Program-made: the position numbers and the translations under genes | Notes under the pieces: model-generated | The model's database searches: none | What the model was told of the DNA's origin: nothing | Seen by the model: the letters and a program-made list of their open reading frames with translations, nothing else | From: a bacterium | GTDB taxonomy: Archaea > Thermoplasmatota > E2 > JACPAO01 > JAHFTW01 | Assembly: GCA_040390065.1 (NCBI GenBank) | Contig: JAZJZE010000005.1 | Location: forward strand, 96,001 to 160,000 | DNA length: 64,000 nt | Reading direction: 5' to 3' | Part shown: positions 47,126 through 56,872 of the stretch, in pieces | How positions within the stretch are numbered: the first letter of the stretch is position 1 | How the letters are laid out: every line of letters begins with the position of its first letter

Positions 47126-50100
47126 ATCGGAATGCGCTGCGGTCCCGCGTCGCAGAACAGCAGGAAGCCCATGTGCAGCACGAGGAGAAGGAGCGCGAGC
47201 CAGAGGATGCCGAGGCCGGGGAGGTCGACGGCGTGGACCCGCACCTGGTCGATAGGGTCGCCTGAACAGGCGCGGCTGGGGGAGCCGGCCTTGTACGCCT
47301 CGATCCACGCGCCATCCGGATGGCCGGGGCCGAGGCAGGTGGCGCCGGGGGCGATGTGGACCGCCTCCACGTCGACGTACAGGTCGCCGTTCCAGCGATG
47401 CAGGGTCGCCGGCGTCGGATAATGCGCCTGCGCCACCTCTTCCCAGTGCAGCCGGCCTTCCACGTCGCCTTGCACGGCGGCGCCCGAGCGCACCGTGAAG
47501 TGTGGCGCGATGGTGTCCAGCGGGCCCGGCGGTCCGCTCGCCGCGCCGTCGAAGGTGACGGTCTGGCCGCCGATGGTGAGCGCGTCCCCAAGATGCGGCT
47601 CGGCGTCAGCGGTCGTCTTGTAGTACGTGGTGCCGGCGTAGCCGAGGACGGCGATGGCCATGGCGAGGTGGACGCCGTAGAGGCCGACTTGCCCCAGGCG
47701 GGCGCGGGCCTTGCCGTCCGGGGGCGATACCGTCGTTTGGCGGCGCCGCAACCACCAGGACAGCGCGGCAAGCGGCGCTGCAACGTAGAATCCAGCCAGC
47801 GCGCCGACCAGCAGGTGGAGGCTGCCGGACCCGCGGGACGGGCCGCCCACCATCGACCACGTCGCCCAGGCAAGGGCCGCCAGGGCGATTGCGATGATGG
47901 GCAAGGTGACAAGGAACGGCACGTGCAGCGAGCCGCCGCCGATGTTGATTGCGGGAGGCGTCACCCAGAACAGGACGTCCGCGAGGGCGGCCAGCCAGAG
48001 CAGGAGGTCAGCCATGCGGGTACGGCGGCTTGCGCCGGGGACCCATGCTGCGCGGCGGACGCGGTCCAGGCTGACGGCGACCAGCGCGGCGGAGAGGACG
48101 AGGAGGAAGGGTCCGCCACGGTGGCCCACGAACATCCATTGCGCAACGGACCCGGCGAGGAGGGCGGCCACGGCAATCCATAGACTGCGGCGTCGCCCGT
48201 GCACTTGGTGCGCCTGCAGCACGATGAGGCCGAGGAGGACGGGTGCTGCGAGATACGGGAAGCGCGCCTCGTAGAACGCCGTCGACCAGCCGTTGGCTGC
48301 CATCATGTGGAAGAGGAAAAGCACGAGGAGCGCCATGCCGAGGACGAGGACGGCGTACGCGTTGAGGGTCCGGAGGGTGATGCCCTTCACGAATGCCTGC
48401 AGGAATTCGACGCACGCTGCGTAGACGCTGCGCTTCTTGGCCATGCGAGGCACCTCGACGGCGGCGCCCAGGACCTGCGGCTCGAACAGTGCGGGAGCGG
48501 CGGCCACGGCGACGGCGGCGAAACCGAGAAGCAGCAGGCCATACCCCGTGGACCCGGTGGCACGGTGCGCCCCTTCCAACAGGAGAGAGAAGGCGCTGGT
48601 CGGGGCGCAGATGACGTACGCCGCGTAGACGCCGAAGACGGCGGCGATGGACCATGACAGAGCGTTCATTCGCCCCGTGTCGCGCGCCAGCCGCCGGGCC
48701 CACAGCGCGAGGAACACCGCCAACGTGGTGAGGAACATCGCGACATGGAAGCCGAGGCTTGGGTCGGCCGCGAGGATGTCGAGGAAGCGGCCCGCCGCAT
48801 CGGGGTTGAAGCGGTTTGTCGGGTCCGTGAAGGCGTGCACCGACACCCAGAGGCCGCTGCGGGTCGAGATGGTCGAGAAGACCGTGAGCATGAACGGCAG
48901 GATGGCAAGGAGCGGGCCGACGCGGGCGTACGAGCCGTGGCGCCGGTGGTGCAGTTGCGCGTGCAGGTACACCGTGAAGGCGAGCCACGGCAGGAGGTTG
49001 GCGACCTCGACCGGATCCCACGCGAAGTAGCCGCCGAAGCCCAACGTGTAGTACGCCCACATCGCGCCCAAGCCCAAGGCGAACGTCATGACGAGCCAGC
49101 CGGACCGCGCCCACGCCATCGCGACGGTGCTCCATTTGCCGGTCCCGGATGCGACGTGGCCGATGGCCGACGCGGCCGGCACGGCTGCCAGGCCGTAGGC
49201 GAGGAACATGAGCGGCGGATGGATGAGGATGAATCCGGATTTCAGCGTCGGACTCAGGCCGTTGCCGCGCAGCGCGCTGTTGAGGAGGTCCGGACTCGTC
49301 GGGGAGAACGGCGAGTCGGCAAGCACAGCGAGGATGAACAGCAGCAGCCCCGATGCCAGCACGAGGCGCGTCCATGAGCGAGCCCGCGCCGTGACGAGGT
49401 CGGCGTGGACGGTCCGGCTTCGCCAAGCAAAGAGTGCCGTGACGCACGCCAGCATGACGGTCCACAGGAGAAGTGAACCCTCCCGGCCGGCCCACGCTCC
49501 CGCCACGCGCCACGGCCACTCGACGTCGGCGCGGGTGTAGAATAGGACGGATTGGTACGTCAGGTCGACGGCCAGGAAGCGGCCGATGAGGAAGAGGAAT
49601 GTCCCCGTGACGGCGACGGCGGCGCCTCCAAGCAGCCACGAACCGAGGCGGCCAGCTTGGACGGACGGTTTGCGCACGTCGCGCGCGGCGACGACGATGG
49701 CCCCGGCGACCGCCATGGCCGCAGCCAAGAGGACCCACTCGGCCCCCGCCATCGGTTCCCCCAAGTGCAAGAGCCGGGCCCCGACCCCATGGTACGGCCC
49801 CGGTGCGCGGAAGTAGCCCTCGCGCGACGGCTCCACGGACGAGGTCGCGTTGGCGTAGCGGATGGCCAGTTGTTCGACGGCGAGGTCGCCATACAGGCAC
49901 GGCGGACACCAAGTGGCCGAGTACAGTTCGACGAGCGGCGCCTTGGCCGTCTGCGTCACGTCGATGCCATCGACGGCGGCGCTCGTCGCCTGCAGGACCT
50001 CGTGCGGAGCAAAACGCCCGCCGGACCCTCCGGCTTGGACCCAGATAGCGATGCGCAACTGGTCGCGGTGCCAGTTGGCGGGGATGGCAAACGCCGTCGC

Positions 50101-50694
50101 AAGGCCAATGCGGTTCCCCGGCGCCAAGTCGACCGGGCCAAGGTCGTGCAGGCCACGCACGGTGAAGCGCTGGTCCGAGATGCCGTTGGAAGCGCGCGGG
50201 TCGGGCGCCGTGTACGCGATGTGGTCCTCGGTCACCGCGGCCCAGGCATGAAACGATGCCGTGCCCGACGGATCGGCAAGCGGCGCCAGCGGCAAAAGCG
50301 ACGCGTTGACCAGAAGGTCCGGCCCCTGAAGCCAGGCGCGCAGGGAGATGGCCAGCGGGGCGTCCTGCGTCATGCGCCGTTCGACGGTCGCCGTGTAATT
50401 CTCGAGCGTGCCCTCGTACGGCACGTTCGGGTTCGGCTCGCCGTACACGGAGGCGATGCCGTCGACGACGAGAGTCGGGAAGGGGAACACGCCGCCGATG
50501 GAGGCCGGCGCCGCGTACCTTGCGGTGAACGTGTCGCCGCCGCCAAACGGCACACCGAACGGGTCAGGGTCCGCCATCGGGTGATGCATGATCACCACGG
50601 CCCGGTCCGCGGCCTGCGCCGGCGCGGCCAGCAAGGCCAGGAGGAGCACGGCGGCGGCGACCCGCATTGCCGGCGACCAGGCGCGCGCGGTCAT
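47122..50694 (-). CDS. ccmF: Cytochrome c biogenesis CcmF/CcsA-family membrane protein with an N-terminal exported Omp28/thioredoxin-like domain
   Basis: WAGREGSLLLW, GNGLSPTL...IHPPLMFLAY, GAMWAYYTLGFGGYFAWDPVE, TRSG..VSVHAF, LYGVHL and C-terminal PGLGILW; N-terminal signal peptide, FPTLVVDG and WCPPC. Confidence 0.88.
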   Translation of the reverse strand: MTARAWSPAMRVAAAVLLLALLAAPAQAADRAVVIMHHPMADPDPFGVPFGGGDTFTARYAAPASIGGVFPFPTLVVDGIASVYGEPNPNVPYEGTLENYTATVERRMTQDAPLAISLRAWLQGPDLLVNASLLPLAPLADPSGTASFHAWAAVTEDHIAYTAPDPRASNGISDQRFTVRGLHDLGPVDLAPGNRIGLATAFAIPANWHRDQLRIAIWVQAGGSGGRFAPHEVLQATSAAVDGIDVTQTAKAPLVELYSATWCPPCLYGDLAVEQLAIRYANATSSVEPSREGYFRAPGPYHGVGARLLHLGEPMAGAEWVLLAAAMAVAGAIVVAARDVRKPSVQAGRLGSWLLGGAAVAVTGTFLFLIGRFLAVDLTYQSVLFYTRADVEWPWRVAGAWAGREGSLLLWTVMLACVTALFAWRSRTVHADLVTARARSWTRLVLASGLLLFILAVLADSPFSPTSPDLLNSALRGNGLSPTLKSGFILIHPPLMFLAYGLAAVPAASAIGHVASGTGKWSTVAMAWARSGWLVMTFALGLGAMWAYYTLGFGGYFAWDPVEVANLLPWLAFTVYLHAQLHHRRHGSYARVGPLLAILPFMLTVFSTISTRSGLWVSVHAFTDPTNRFNPDAAGRFLDILAADPSLGFHVAMFLTTLAVFLALWARRLARDTGRMNALSWSIAAVFGVYAAYVICAPTSAFSLLLEGAHRATGSTGYGLLLLGFAAVAVAAAPALFEPQVLGAAVEVPRMAKKRSVYAACVEFLQAFVKGITLRTLNAYAVLVLGMALLVLFLFHMMAANGWSTAFYEARFPYLAAPVLLGLIVLQAHQVHGRRRSLWIAVAALLAGSVAQWMFVGHRGGPFLLVLSAALVAVSLDRVRRAAWVPGASRRTRMADLLLWLAALADVLFWVTPPAINIGGGSLHVPFLVTLPIIAIALAALAWATWSMVGGPSRGSGSLHLLVGALAGFYVAAPLAALSWWLRRRQTTVSPPDGKARARLGQVGLYGVHLAMAIAVLGYAGTTYYKTTADAEPHLGDALTIGGQTVTFDGAASGPPGPLDTIAPHFTVRSGAAVQGDVEGRLHWEEVAQAHYPTPATLHRWNGDLYVDVEAVHIAPGATCLGPGHPDGAWIEAYKAGSPSRACSGDPIDQVRVHAVDLPGLGILWLALLLLVLHMGFLLFCDAGPQRIPI

Positions 50695-50698
50695 AGCG

Positions 50699-51727
50699 TT
50701 AAGCCTTCAAGCGCGCGGCGCGCAGCGCCTTGCGGGCAGCCACACTGAGCGCTGCGTCCGGCAACTTTGCGAAGGCCACCCAGCGCGCGTCGCGGGGCAG
50801 ACGCGCCGGTGCCGCGCGCACGACGGCGGGATGCACGCGCATGTCCCAACGCACGTGGGTGAAGTCGTGCCGGACCGACGCGATGGAGGGGCCCGCCGTG
50901 ACGAGGACGCCGGTCTGTTGCTCGACGGCGCGGGCCAGGCCCGTGCGGTCGGCGTCCGCCGGCGGCGCCCACAGGCCCGCGAGCAGGCCGGCAGACCGGC
51001 GCACCAGCAGGACTTTGCCGCGGCGCTGCACGATGGCCATGCGCACCGTCAGACGGCGCGGCACTCGGCGGGCCTTCGCGGCGGGCAGTTCCTCCTGGCG
51101 GCCCGTGCGGCGAGCGTTGCACAAGTCGGCAAGCGGGCAGCGCGCGCAGTCGGGCTTGCGCGGCGTGCACCTCGTCGCTCCAAGTTCCATCATGGCTTGG
51201 TTCCAGTCGCCGGGTGAAGATTGCTTGAGCCATTCCTGCGCGACGGTCCACGCTTGGCGGCGCAGGGCCGGGCCCGCGGCACCGCTTCCGCAGACGCGGG
51301 CAATCACGCGCTCGACGTTGCCGTCGACGCAAGCCACCGGCTCGCCCCACGCAATCGAGGAGACGGCGGCCGCCGTGTACGCGCCGATGCCGGGCAGGGC
51401 GCGCAGGCCTGCGGCCGTCTGCGGCAGGCGCGACGCGGCGAGGCGGGCTGCCGCGTGCAGGTTGCGCGCCCGGCGGTAGTAGCCAAGGCCGCTCCAAGCC
51501 TCGAGGACTTGCTCCTCGGAGGCGGCTGCAAGGGCGGCCATCGTCGGGAAGCGCGCCATCCATGCGAGATAGAAGGGAACGACGACGTCGACGCGCGTCT
51601 GTTGCAGCATGACCTCCGACACCCAGATGGCGTACGGGTCGCCGGTGCGCCGCCAGGGGAGGTCGCGCCGGTTCGCGCGGTACCACCGCAACACGCGGGC
51701 CTGGATGCGGGAGTCCATTACGGCCAC
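50699..51727 (-). CDS. mutY: A/G-specific adenine glycosylase MutY
   Basis: RRDLPWR, VSEVMLQQT, WSGLGYYRRARNLH, HhH LPGIGAYTA, VDGNVERV, Fe-S motif CTPRKPDCARCPLADLC, NUDIX-like C-terminus. Confidence 0.95.
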   Translation of the reverse strand: MAVMDSRIQARVLRWYRANRRDLPWRRTGDPYAIWVSEVMLQQTRVDVVVPFYLAWMARFPTMAALAAASEEQVLEAWSGLGYYRRARNLHAAARLAASRLPQTAAGLRALPGIGAYTAAAVSSIAWGEPVACVDGNVERVIARVCGSGAAGPALRRQAWTVAQEWLKQSSPGDWNQAMMELGATRCTPRKPDCARCPLADLCNARRTGRQEELPAAKARRVPRRLTVRMAIVQRRGKVLLVRRSAGLLAGLWAPPADADRTGLARAVEQQTGVLVTAGPSIASVRHDFTHVRWDMRVHPAVVRAAPARLPRDARWVAFAKLPDAALSVAARKALRAARLKA

Positions 51728-51760
51728 GCTTCGCCCACGTTGTCCCGCCTCTTGGCCTTG

Positions 51761-53362
51761 TCAGGACCAGACGGGCTTGTGGACAGGCAAGTAGGTGTAG
51801 CTGACGAACACTTGGTATTGAACCCTGGTCGACACACCGTTGTCGGGCAGGAAGCGCAGCGACCACTGGCCGGGCGTGCCCTGCGGCGTGATCTGCATGG
51901 ACACCGAACTGGAGACCGACTGCGAATCCACGACGATGCCGGCGCCGTCGCGCAGTTCCATCGTGCCGCTCGTCGAGATGAACGAGACGTCGGACACGAA
52001 CGCGTAGACGTACAGCTTGCCTGCGCCGCCCTTGAGGGGGAAAGCGAAGTCCGGACAGGACCCCGTGGAGCTCCCGACGGGCGGGTTGGCCGTGGGCGTT
52101 GCACACTGCACGGTGCCGGACTTGTCGAGGGAGGCCGCAATGGGATACTCCCACGACGCAAGCACGCGGTCACCATAGGTCGCTTCGGCGCGCACGATGT
52201 AGGAGCCCGATTCGATGCTGAGTTTGTAGTACGGCGTCGTCCAGTTGGCAAGAACATGCGCTTCGCCGTCGACCAGCATTGCATGGACGCTGGCCAAGGG
52301 CACGTCGTTGGGAAGAATCGTGACATTGTACGTCGTCGAGGTCAGGTGCCGGACCGACAGGACGACGCGTCGTCCATGCAGGCCCAAGGCATCGTAGAGG
52401 TCGACTGGGCCGGCGGCTGGCTGAGGCTCCAAGGCGGCCTCGACGAGGATGCGTTCGACGGTGCCATTGTAGGTGAAGTCGTCGCCCCCGGTCTGCACCT
52501 CGGCGAAGTACGAGCCCAACTGGTAGACGATGGCGCGGTGGTCCGGGGAGTAGTCGGTCTCCCAGACGATGTGCAGCACACCCTCCTCCTTGGGCCCGGA
52601 GATCGTGTAGTCCCCCGTCGTCGTGACATGGATGGTACGCGTGGGCCGGCCAACGACGGACATGTTGCCGAAGGCCGTGACCCTCGACTCGCCGGACCCT
52701 GACAGGTCGCCGGCCTCCGTGAGGACGCTCCAGTGGCGACCTGGCGCAAGGGGGAACTGCAAGGCCGGCGCATCCATCGTCGCATTGGGGGCCGCGAAGC
52801 GCAAGTCACAGGTCGCCGGCTTGGCTTGGCATGCGTGCAAGGCAGGGATGTCGTAGAGCCGCTTCGTCAGGAGGCTTGCCGGATCGATGAGTTGGGCCCC
52901 GTTCGACTTCGCCGTGGCAAGGGGGACGACGGTGTACGACGAGACGTAGGAGCCCAAGGCGAGTGTGCGGTTGTCGGTGCTCGAGACGTTGGCCAGGAGG
53001 CGCGCGCCTTCCCAGCGCGTCCACTGCTGGGTCGCATCCTCGCCGCCGCCCACCATGGTCGACGATTCGGTGATCTTCCACATCCAGGCCTGGCCAGGCA
53101 GAAGCACGGGCGCGGCGACGGAGGTCGAGACTTCGAGGGCGCCGGTCGCAGGCGACACGGTGGTCGGCACGGCGCCCGGCAGATACGTCGGCGTCGAGTC
53201 GATGACCGGGGCGGCGGCGTGCACGGACGTCGGCCCGGGGCCGGAGGTCGTGGCTGCACCAGGCGCCTTCGACCCGCCTGCGCATCCCGCGATGCCGCTC
53301 GCGAGGAGCAGCATGGCAATGAGGAGGGCGACCCGGGCCACGACGGACAAGCAGCGGGGCAC
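51761..53362 (-). CDS. Lipoprotein of unknown function
   Basis: Lipobox SGIAGC after a hydrophobic stretch; beta-rich body; 533 aa. Confidence 0.7.
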   Translation of the reverse strand: MPRCLSVVARVALLIAMLLLASGIAGCAGGSKAPGAATTSGPGPTSVHAAAPVIDSTPTYLPGAVPTTVSPATGALEVSTSVAAPVLLPGQAWMWKITESSTMVGGGEDATQQWTRWEGARLLANVSSTDNRTLALGSYVSSYTVVPLATAKSNGAQLIDPASLLTKRLYDIPALHACQAKPATCDLRFAAPNATMDAPALQFPLAPGRHWSVLTEAGDLSGSGESRVTAFGNMSVVGRPTRTIHVTTTGDYTISGPKEEGVLHIVWETDYSPDHRAIVYQLGSYFAEVQTGGDDFTYNGTVERILVEAALEPQPAAGPVDLYDALGLHGRRVVLSVRHLTSTTYNVTILPNDVPLASVHAMLVDGEAHVLANWTTPYYKLSIESGSYIVRAEATYGDRVLASWEYPIAASLDKSGTVQCATPTANPPVGSSTGSCPDFAFPLKGGAGKLYVYAFVSDVSFISTSGTMELRDGAGIVVDSQSVSSSVSMQITPQGTPGQWSLRFLPDNGVSTRVQYQVFVSYTYLPVHKPVWS

Positions 53363-53441
53363 CTATTTGACCACATTTGCTGGCTCGTTGGAACGACCTG
53401 GAGTGACGGCAACCGTCAAAGCGACGCCGTGTGTGCCCCGC

Positions 53442-53906
53442 ATGATGCAGGCCGACCAGGACCGGTATGCCCCTCATTCCATCTGTTTCGGTTGCGGCCC
53501 GGCCAACAAGGACGGCCTGCAGATCAAGAGCCAGTGGGAGGGCGAGGTGTTCGTCATGACCTTCACGCCCGAAGTCCGGCACCAGGCCTTTCCCGGTGTC
53601 GTGAACGGCGGCATCCTCGGCACCCTCTTGGACTGCCACAGCAACTGGTGCGCGGCCACGGCGCTCATGCGCAAGAACGGATGGGACAGGCCCGACTGCA
53701 CGGTCACAGCCGACTTCCACGTTCGACTCAAACGGCCGACACCTGCGGGCAAGGTCATCCGGTTCGAGGCGAAGGTCGGATCCATCGAGGCCGACCGGGC
53801 GACCATCCACTGCGATGCCATTTGCGATGGCAAGGTCACGGCCACCTGCGACGGCCTGTTCGTCGCCGTCAAGGAAGGCCACCCCGCCTACCACCGGTGG
53901 GGATGA
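53442..53906 (+). CDS. PaaI-family hotdog thioesterase
   Basis: CFGCGPANKDGL, HQAFPGVVNGGILGTLLDC, VTADFHVRLKRPTP. Confidence 0.9.
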   Translation: MMQADQDRYAPHSICFGCGPANKDGLQIKSQWEGEVFVMTFTPEVRHQAFPGVVNGGILGTLLDCHSNWCAATALMRKNGWDRPDCTVTADFHVRLKRPTPAGKVIRFEAKVGSIEADRATIHCDAICDGKVTATCDGLFVAVKEGHPAYHRWG

Positions 53907-54718
53907 TGGAACCGCGACCATTCGACCCCGCGACGGGCAACTGGCATCCACCCGCGGGAGCCGGGGCCGCGCCGGGGGCGGTCACCGACCCAACGGCCGC
54001 TCGAAGTGACCGACGCGCGCGAGTATGGAACGCAGTCCTGTTTGCGGACTTCGCCATCATGGGCCTGATTCTGCTCCTTCTGGCGGACCTCGCCGTTCAA
54101 TCCTTCCTCCACCCTCAGGCAAGCGAACAGCAAGTCTCGTTGTCCGCCATCCGCGTCGTCATTGCGGCTGAGGCTGGCGTCAACCTCGTCCTCATGGGGA
54201 TCGTGCCGCTCTTGTGGGCCTGGCAGACCCGCGTCGGTGGCTGGGACGGCGCCGTGCGCTACCTCGGTCTCGAAACCCCGGGTCGGGGCCTCGTGCGGGG
54301 GCTCGGATGGGGGTTGGCTGCCCTGGGCGCCCTCATCGCGCTCGGCATCGTCCTCAAGGCCATCGGTGTCCACGAGGCTAGCGAGCAGACCGCCCTCATC
54401 TCGAGCGCACTGACCTGGCCACTCGCGTTGGCCTTGGCCCTCGGCGCTGCGATCGGCGAGGAGATCTTCTTCCGCGGCATATTGCAGAAACGCATCGGCT
54501 GGATCTGGCAGGCCGTCGTCTTCGGCCTCGTCCACCTGAGCTACGGCACGGTCCTGCAGATCGCCTTCCCGCTCGCACTGGGTCTCTTCTGGGGCTGGCT
54601 GCGCAAACGCGGCGAAAGCCTGTGGGCACTCATGGCGGCGCATTTCCTGTTCGACTTCGTGCAGTTGGCCCTGGCCATCTACGCCAACGAACACCCCGAA
54701 CTCATCCCACAAGGATAG
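53903..54718 (+). CDS. CPBP (CAAX prenyl protease/Abi) intramembrane glutamic endopeptidase
   Basis: GEEIFFRG, FGLVH, AAHFLFD motifs; multiple TMs; ATGA overlap with the thioesterase. Confidence 0.9.
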   Translation: MMEPRPFDPATGNWHPPAGAGAAPGAVTDPTAARSDRRARVWNAVLFADFAIMGLILLLLADLAVQSFLHPQASEQQVSLSAIRVVIAAEAGVNLVLMGIVPLLWAWQTRVGGWDGAVRYLGLETPGRGLVRGLGWGLAALGALIALGIVLKAIGVHEASEQTALISSALTWPLALALALGAAIGEEIFFRGILQKRIGWIWQAVVFGLVHLSYGTVLQIAFPLALGLFWGWLRKRGESLWALMAAHFLFDFVQLALAIYANEHPELIPQG

Positions 54719-54742
54719 AAGCGCCGGCGGCATGCGGCACGC

Positions 54743-55177
54743 GTGCCCTTCCGCCTCGTCGAGCACACGGCAGACCTCGGCATCGAGGCAACCGGTCAGA
54801 GCCGCGAGGAGGCGCTTGCTGCGGCAGCCGACGGACTGACCGCGGTTCTCACAGGCAGGACGGGGACCGTGCACGGCATGCCGGAGCGCGAACTCACCTT
54901 CAGCGTGGAAGCCCCCGACGCCGATGCCCTCGTCGTCGCATTCCTGTCAGAACTCCTGTGGTCGTTCGAGTCAGAGGACCTCCTCTGGATGGGTGGCGGC
55001 GTCAGCCTGGGCGCGAGCCGCGACGGCATCCTGCGCTTGGAAGCAAGGGGCAACGTGACGCGCTATGACCCATCGCGCCACGGCCGCGGCGTCGAGGTCA
55101 AGGCGGTCACCTACCACGACGTCGCATTGCGCCGAGACGGTTCCGGTTGGCTGCTTCGCGCGCTGCTGGACATCTAG
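54743..55177 (+). CDS. Archease (RtcB cofactor)
   Basis: EHTADLGIEATG...EVKAVTYH...LLDI; directly upstream of rtcB. Confidence 0.95.
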   Translation: MPFRLVEHTADLGIEATGQSREEALAAAADGLTAVLTGRTGTVHGMPERELTFSVEAPDADALVVAFLSELLWSFESEDLLWMGGGVSLGASRDGILRLEARGNVTRYDPSRHGRGVEVKAVTYHDVALRRDGSGWLLRALLDI

Positions 55178-55213
55178 CCCGAGCATGGCAGCAAAGGCCA
55201 AGCGCGCGACGGC

Positions 55214-56707
55214 ATGGCGACTCCCGTGACCTGGTCCGGGCCCCTCAACGATGTCGGCGGGGCCGTGCATGAGATTCCCGCTTCGTACACGGGCCGCGAC
55301 GGCACGCTGCGCATGCGCGTCCCTGGCCGCATCGTGGCGTCACCGCAACTGCTGTCCCACATCAAGGACGACCAGGCGCCCGAACAGGTTGCAAACGTGG
55401 CCAGCCTCCCGGGAATCGTCGGCTATTCGCTCGCCATGCCGGACATCCATTGGGGCTACGGCTTCCCCATCGGCGGCGTCGCCGCCTTCGACCCCGACCA
55501 AGGGGGTGTCGTCTCCCCCGGAGGCGTCGGCTTCGACATCAACTGCGGGGTCCGGCTCCTTCGCACGGACATCTCGGAGAAGGAGCTGCGGCCACGCCTG
55601 CCCGAAGTCGTCGATGCCTTGTTCGACGCGGTTCCCTGCGGCATGGGTTCGCGCGGCGGGCTCGACCTGTCGGAAGGCGATTTGACGGCCATCCTTGACA
55701 GCGGCGCGGCCTGGGCCGTGGACCATGGCTGGGCAACAAGCCGGGACCGTGAACACATGGAGGAGCGGGGCGCAATCCCCGGCGCCGACGCGTCGCAAGT
55801 CCACGAGCGGGCCCGCACGCGGGGCCGCCGCTCGTTGGGCAGCCTTGGTTCTGGCAACCATTTCCTGGAGCTGCAAGTCATCGATAAGACCTGGGACACA
55901 GCCGCATGCAAAGCGTACGGCGTGGACATCGGCCAAGTCGTGGTCATGATCCACACGGGAAGCCGTGGCCTCGGCCATCAGATCTGCGAGGACCACGTCC
56001 GGGACCTCCAGGCCGTGACCAAGCGGCATGGCATCGTCCTGTCGGACCGCCAGTTGGCCTGCGCACCGCTTGACACGCCGGAAGCTACACGCTACCTCGC
56101 AGCCATGGCCGGGGCCGCCAATTTCGCCTTCGTCAACCGCAGCGTGATTACCACACTGGCCCGACGCACGCTTGCCGGCCTGTTCGGCCGCGACGGCGAC
56201 GGCATCGAAGTCGTGTACGACGTCTGCCACAACATCGCGAAGATGGAGGAACACATCGTTCCGGCTGGGCCAGATGCGGGCAAGCGCCGGAACTTGTGCG
56301 TCCATCGCAAGGGCGCGACACGCGCGTTCGGCCCAGGCCACCGCGACGTGCCGGATGCCTACCGGAACGTCGGCCAGCCAGTCATCGTGCCGGGCGACAT
56401 GGGGCGCATGAGCTTCCTGCTTGCCGCATCGGAAGGCGCAGAGAAGACCACCTTCGGCTCAAGCTGCCACGGTGCTGGCCGCCGGCTGAGCAGGACGGAG
56501 GCGAGCAGGACGTGGAGCGGGGCTGCGCTGGTGCGAATGCTCTGGGAACGCGACGGCATCCGCGTCCGCGCGGCGACCCCGGAGGTGGCAGCGGAGGAGG
56601 CTCCGGAGGCCTACAAGGACGTCAGCGAGGTCGTGGATTCCGTCGAGATGGCGGGTCTGGCACGCAAGGCGGCGCGCATGCGGCCGCTTGGCGTCGTGAA
56701 GGGCTAG
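55214..56707 (+). CDS. rtcB: RNA-splicing ligase RtcB
   Basis: MPDIHWGYGFPIGG, GGVGFDINCG, GSGNHFLE, HTGSRG, HNIAK, HRKGAT, SSCHGAGR, EEAPEAYK. Confidence 0.97.
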   Translation: MATPVTWSGPLNDVGGAVHEIPASYTGRDGTLRMRVPGRIVASPQLLSHIKDDQAPEQVANVASLPGIVGYSLAMPDIHWGYGFPIGGVAAFDPDQGGVVSPGGVGFDINCGVRLLRTDISEKELRPRLPEVVDALFDAVPCGMGSRGGLDLSEGDLTAILDSGAAWAVDHGWATSRDREHMEERGAIPGADASQVHERARTRGRRSLGSLGSGNHFLELQVIDKTWDTAACKAYGVDIGQVVVMIHTGSRGLGHQICEDHVRDLQAVTKRHGIVLSDRQLACAPLDTPEATRYLAAMAGAANFAFVNRSVITTLARRTLAGLFGRDGDGIEVVYDVCHNIAKMEEHIVPAGPDAGKRRNLCVHRKGATRAFGPGHRDVPDAYRNVGQPVIVPGDMGRMSFLLAASEGAEKTTFGSSCHGAGRRLSRTEASRTWSGAALVRMLWERDGIRVRAATPEVAAEEAPEAYKDVSEVVDSVEMAGLARKAARMRPLGVVKG

Positions 56708-56872
56708 AGGCTCGGGATCACCACGGACCCATTCATGCAACCGGGGTGGATGATCCATCCCCACGGGTCGCTGAAATCGCACGGTGGCTGGCCTTGCCGC
56801 TGTACCTGTCCACCCGGTTTCCCGCAACCGGCCACAAGTCTTATCCTCGAATCGCGGGCCTTGCGCAAACCA

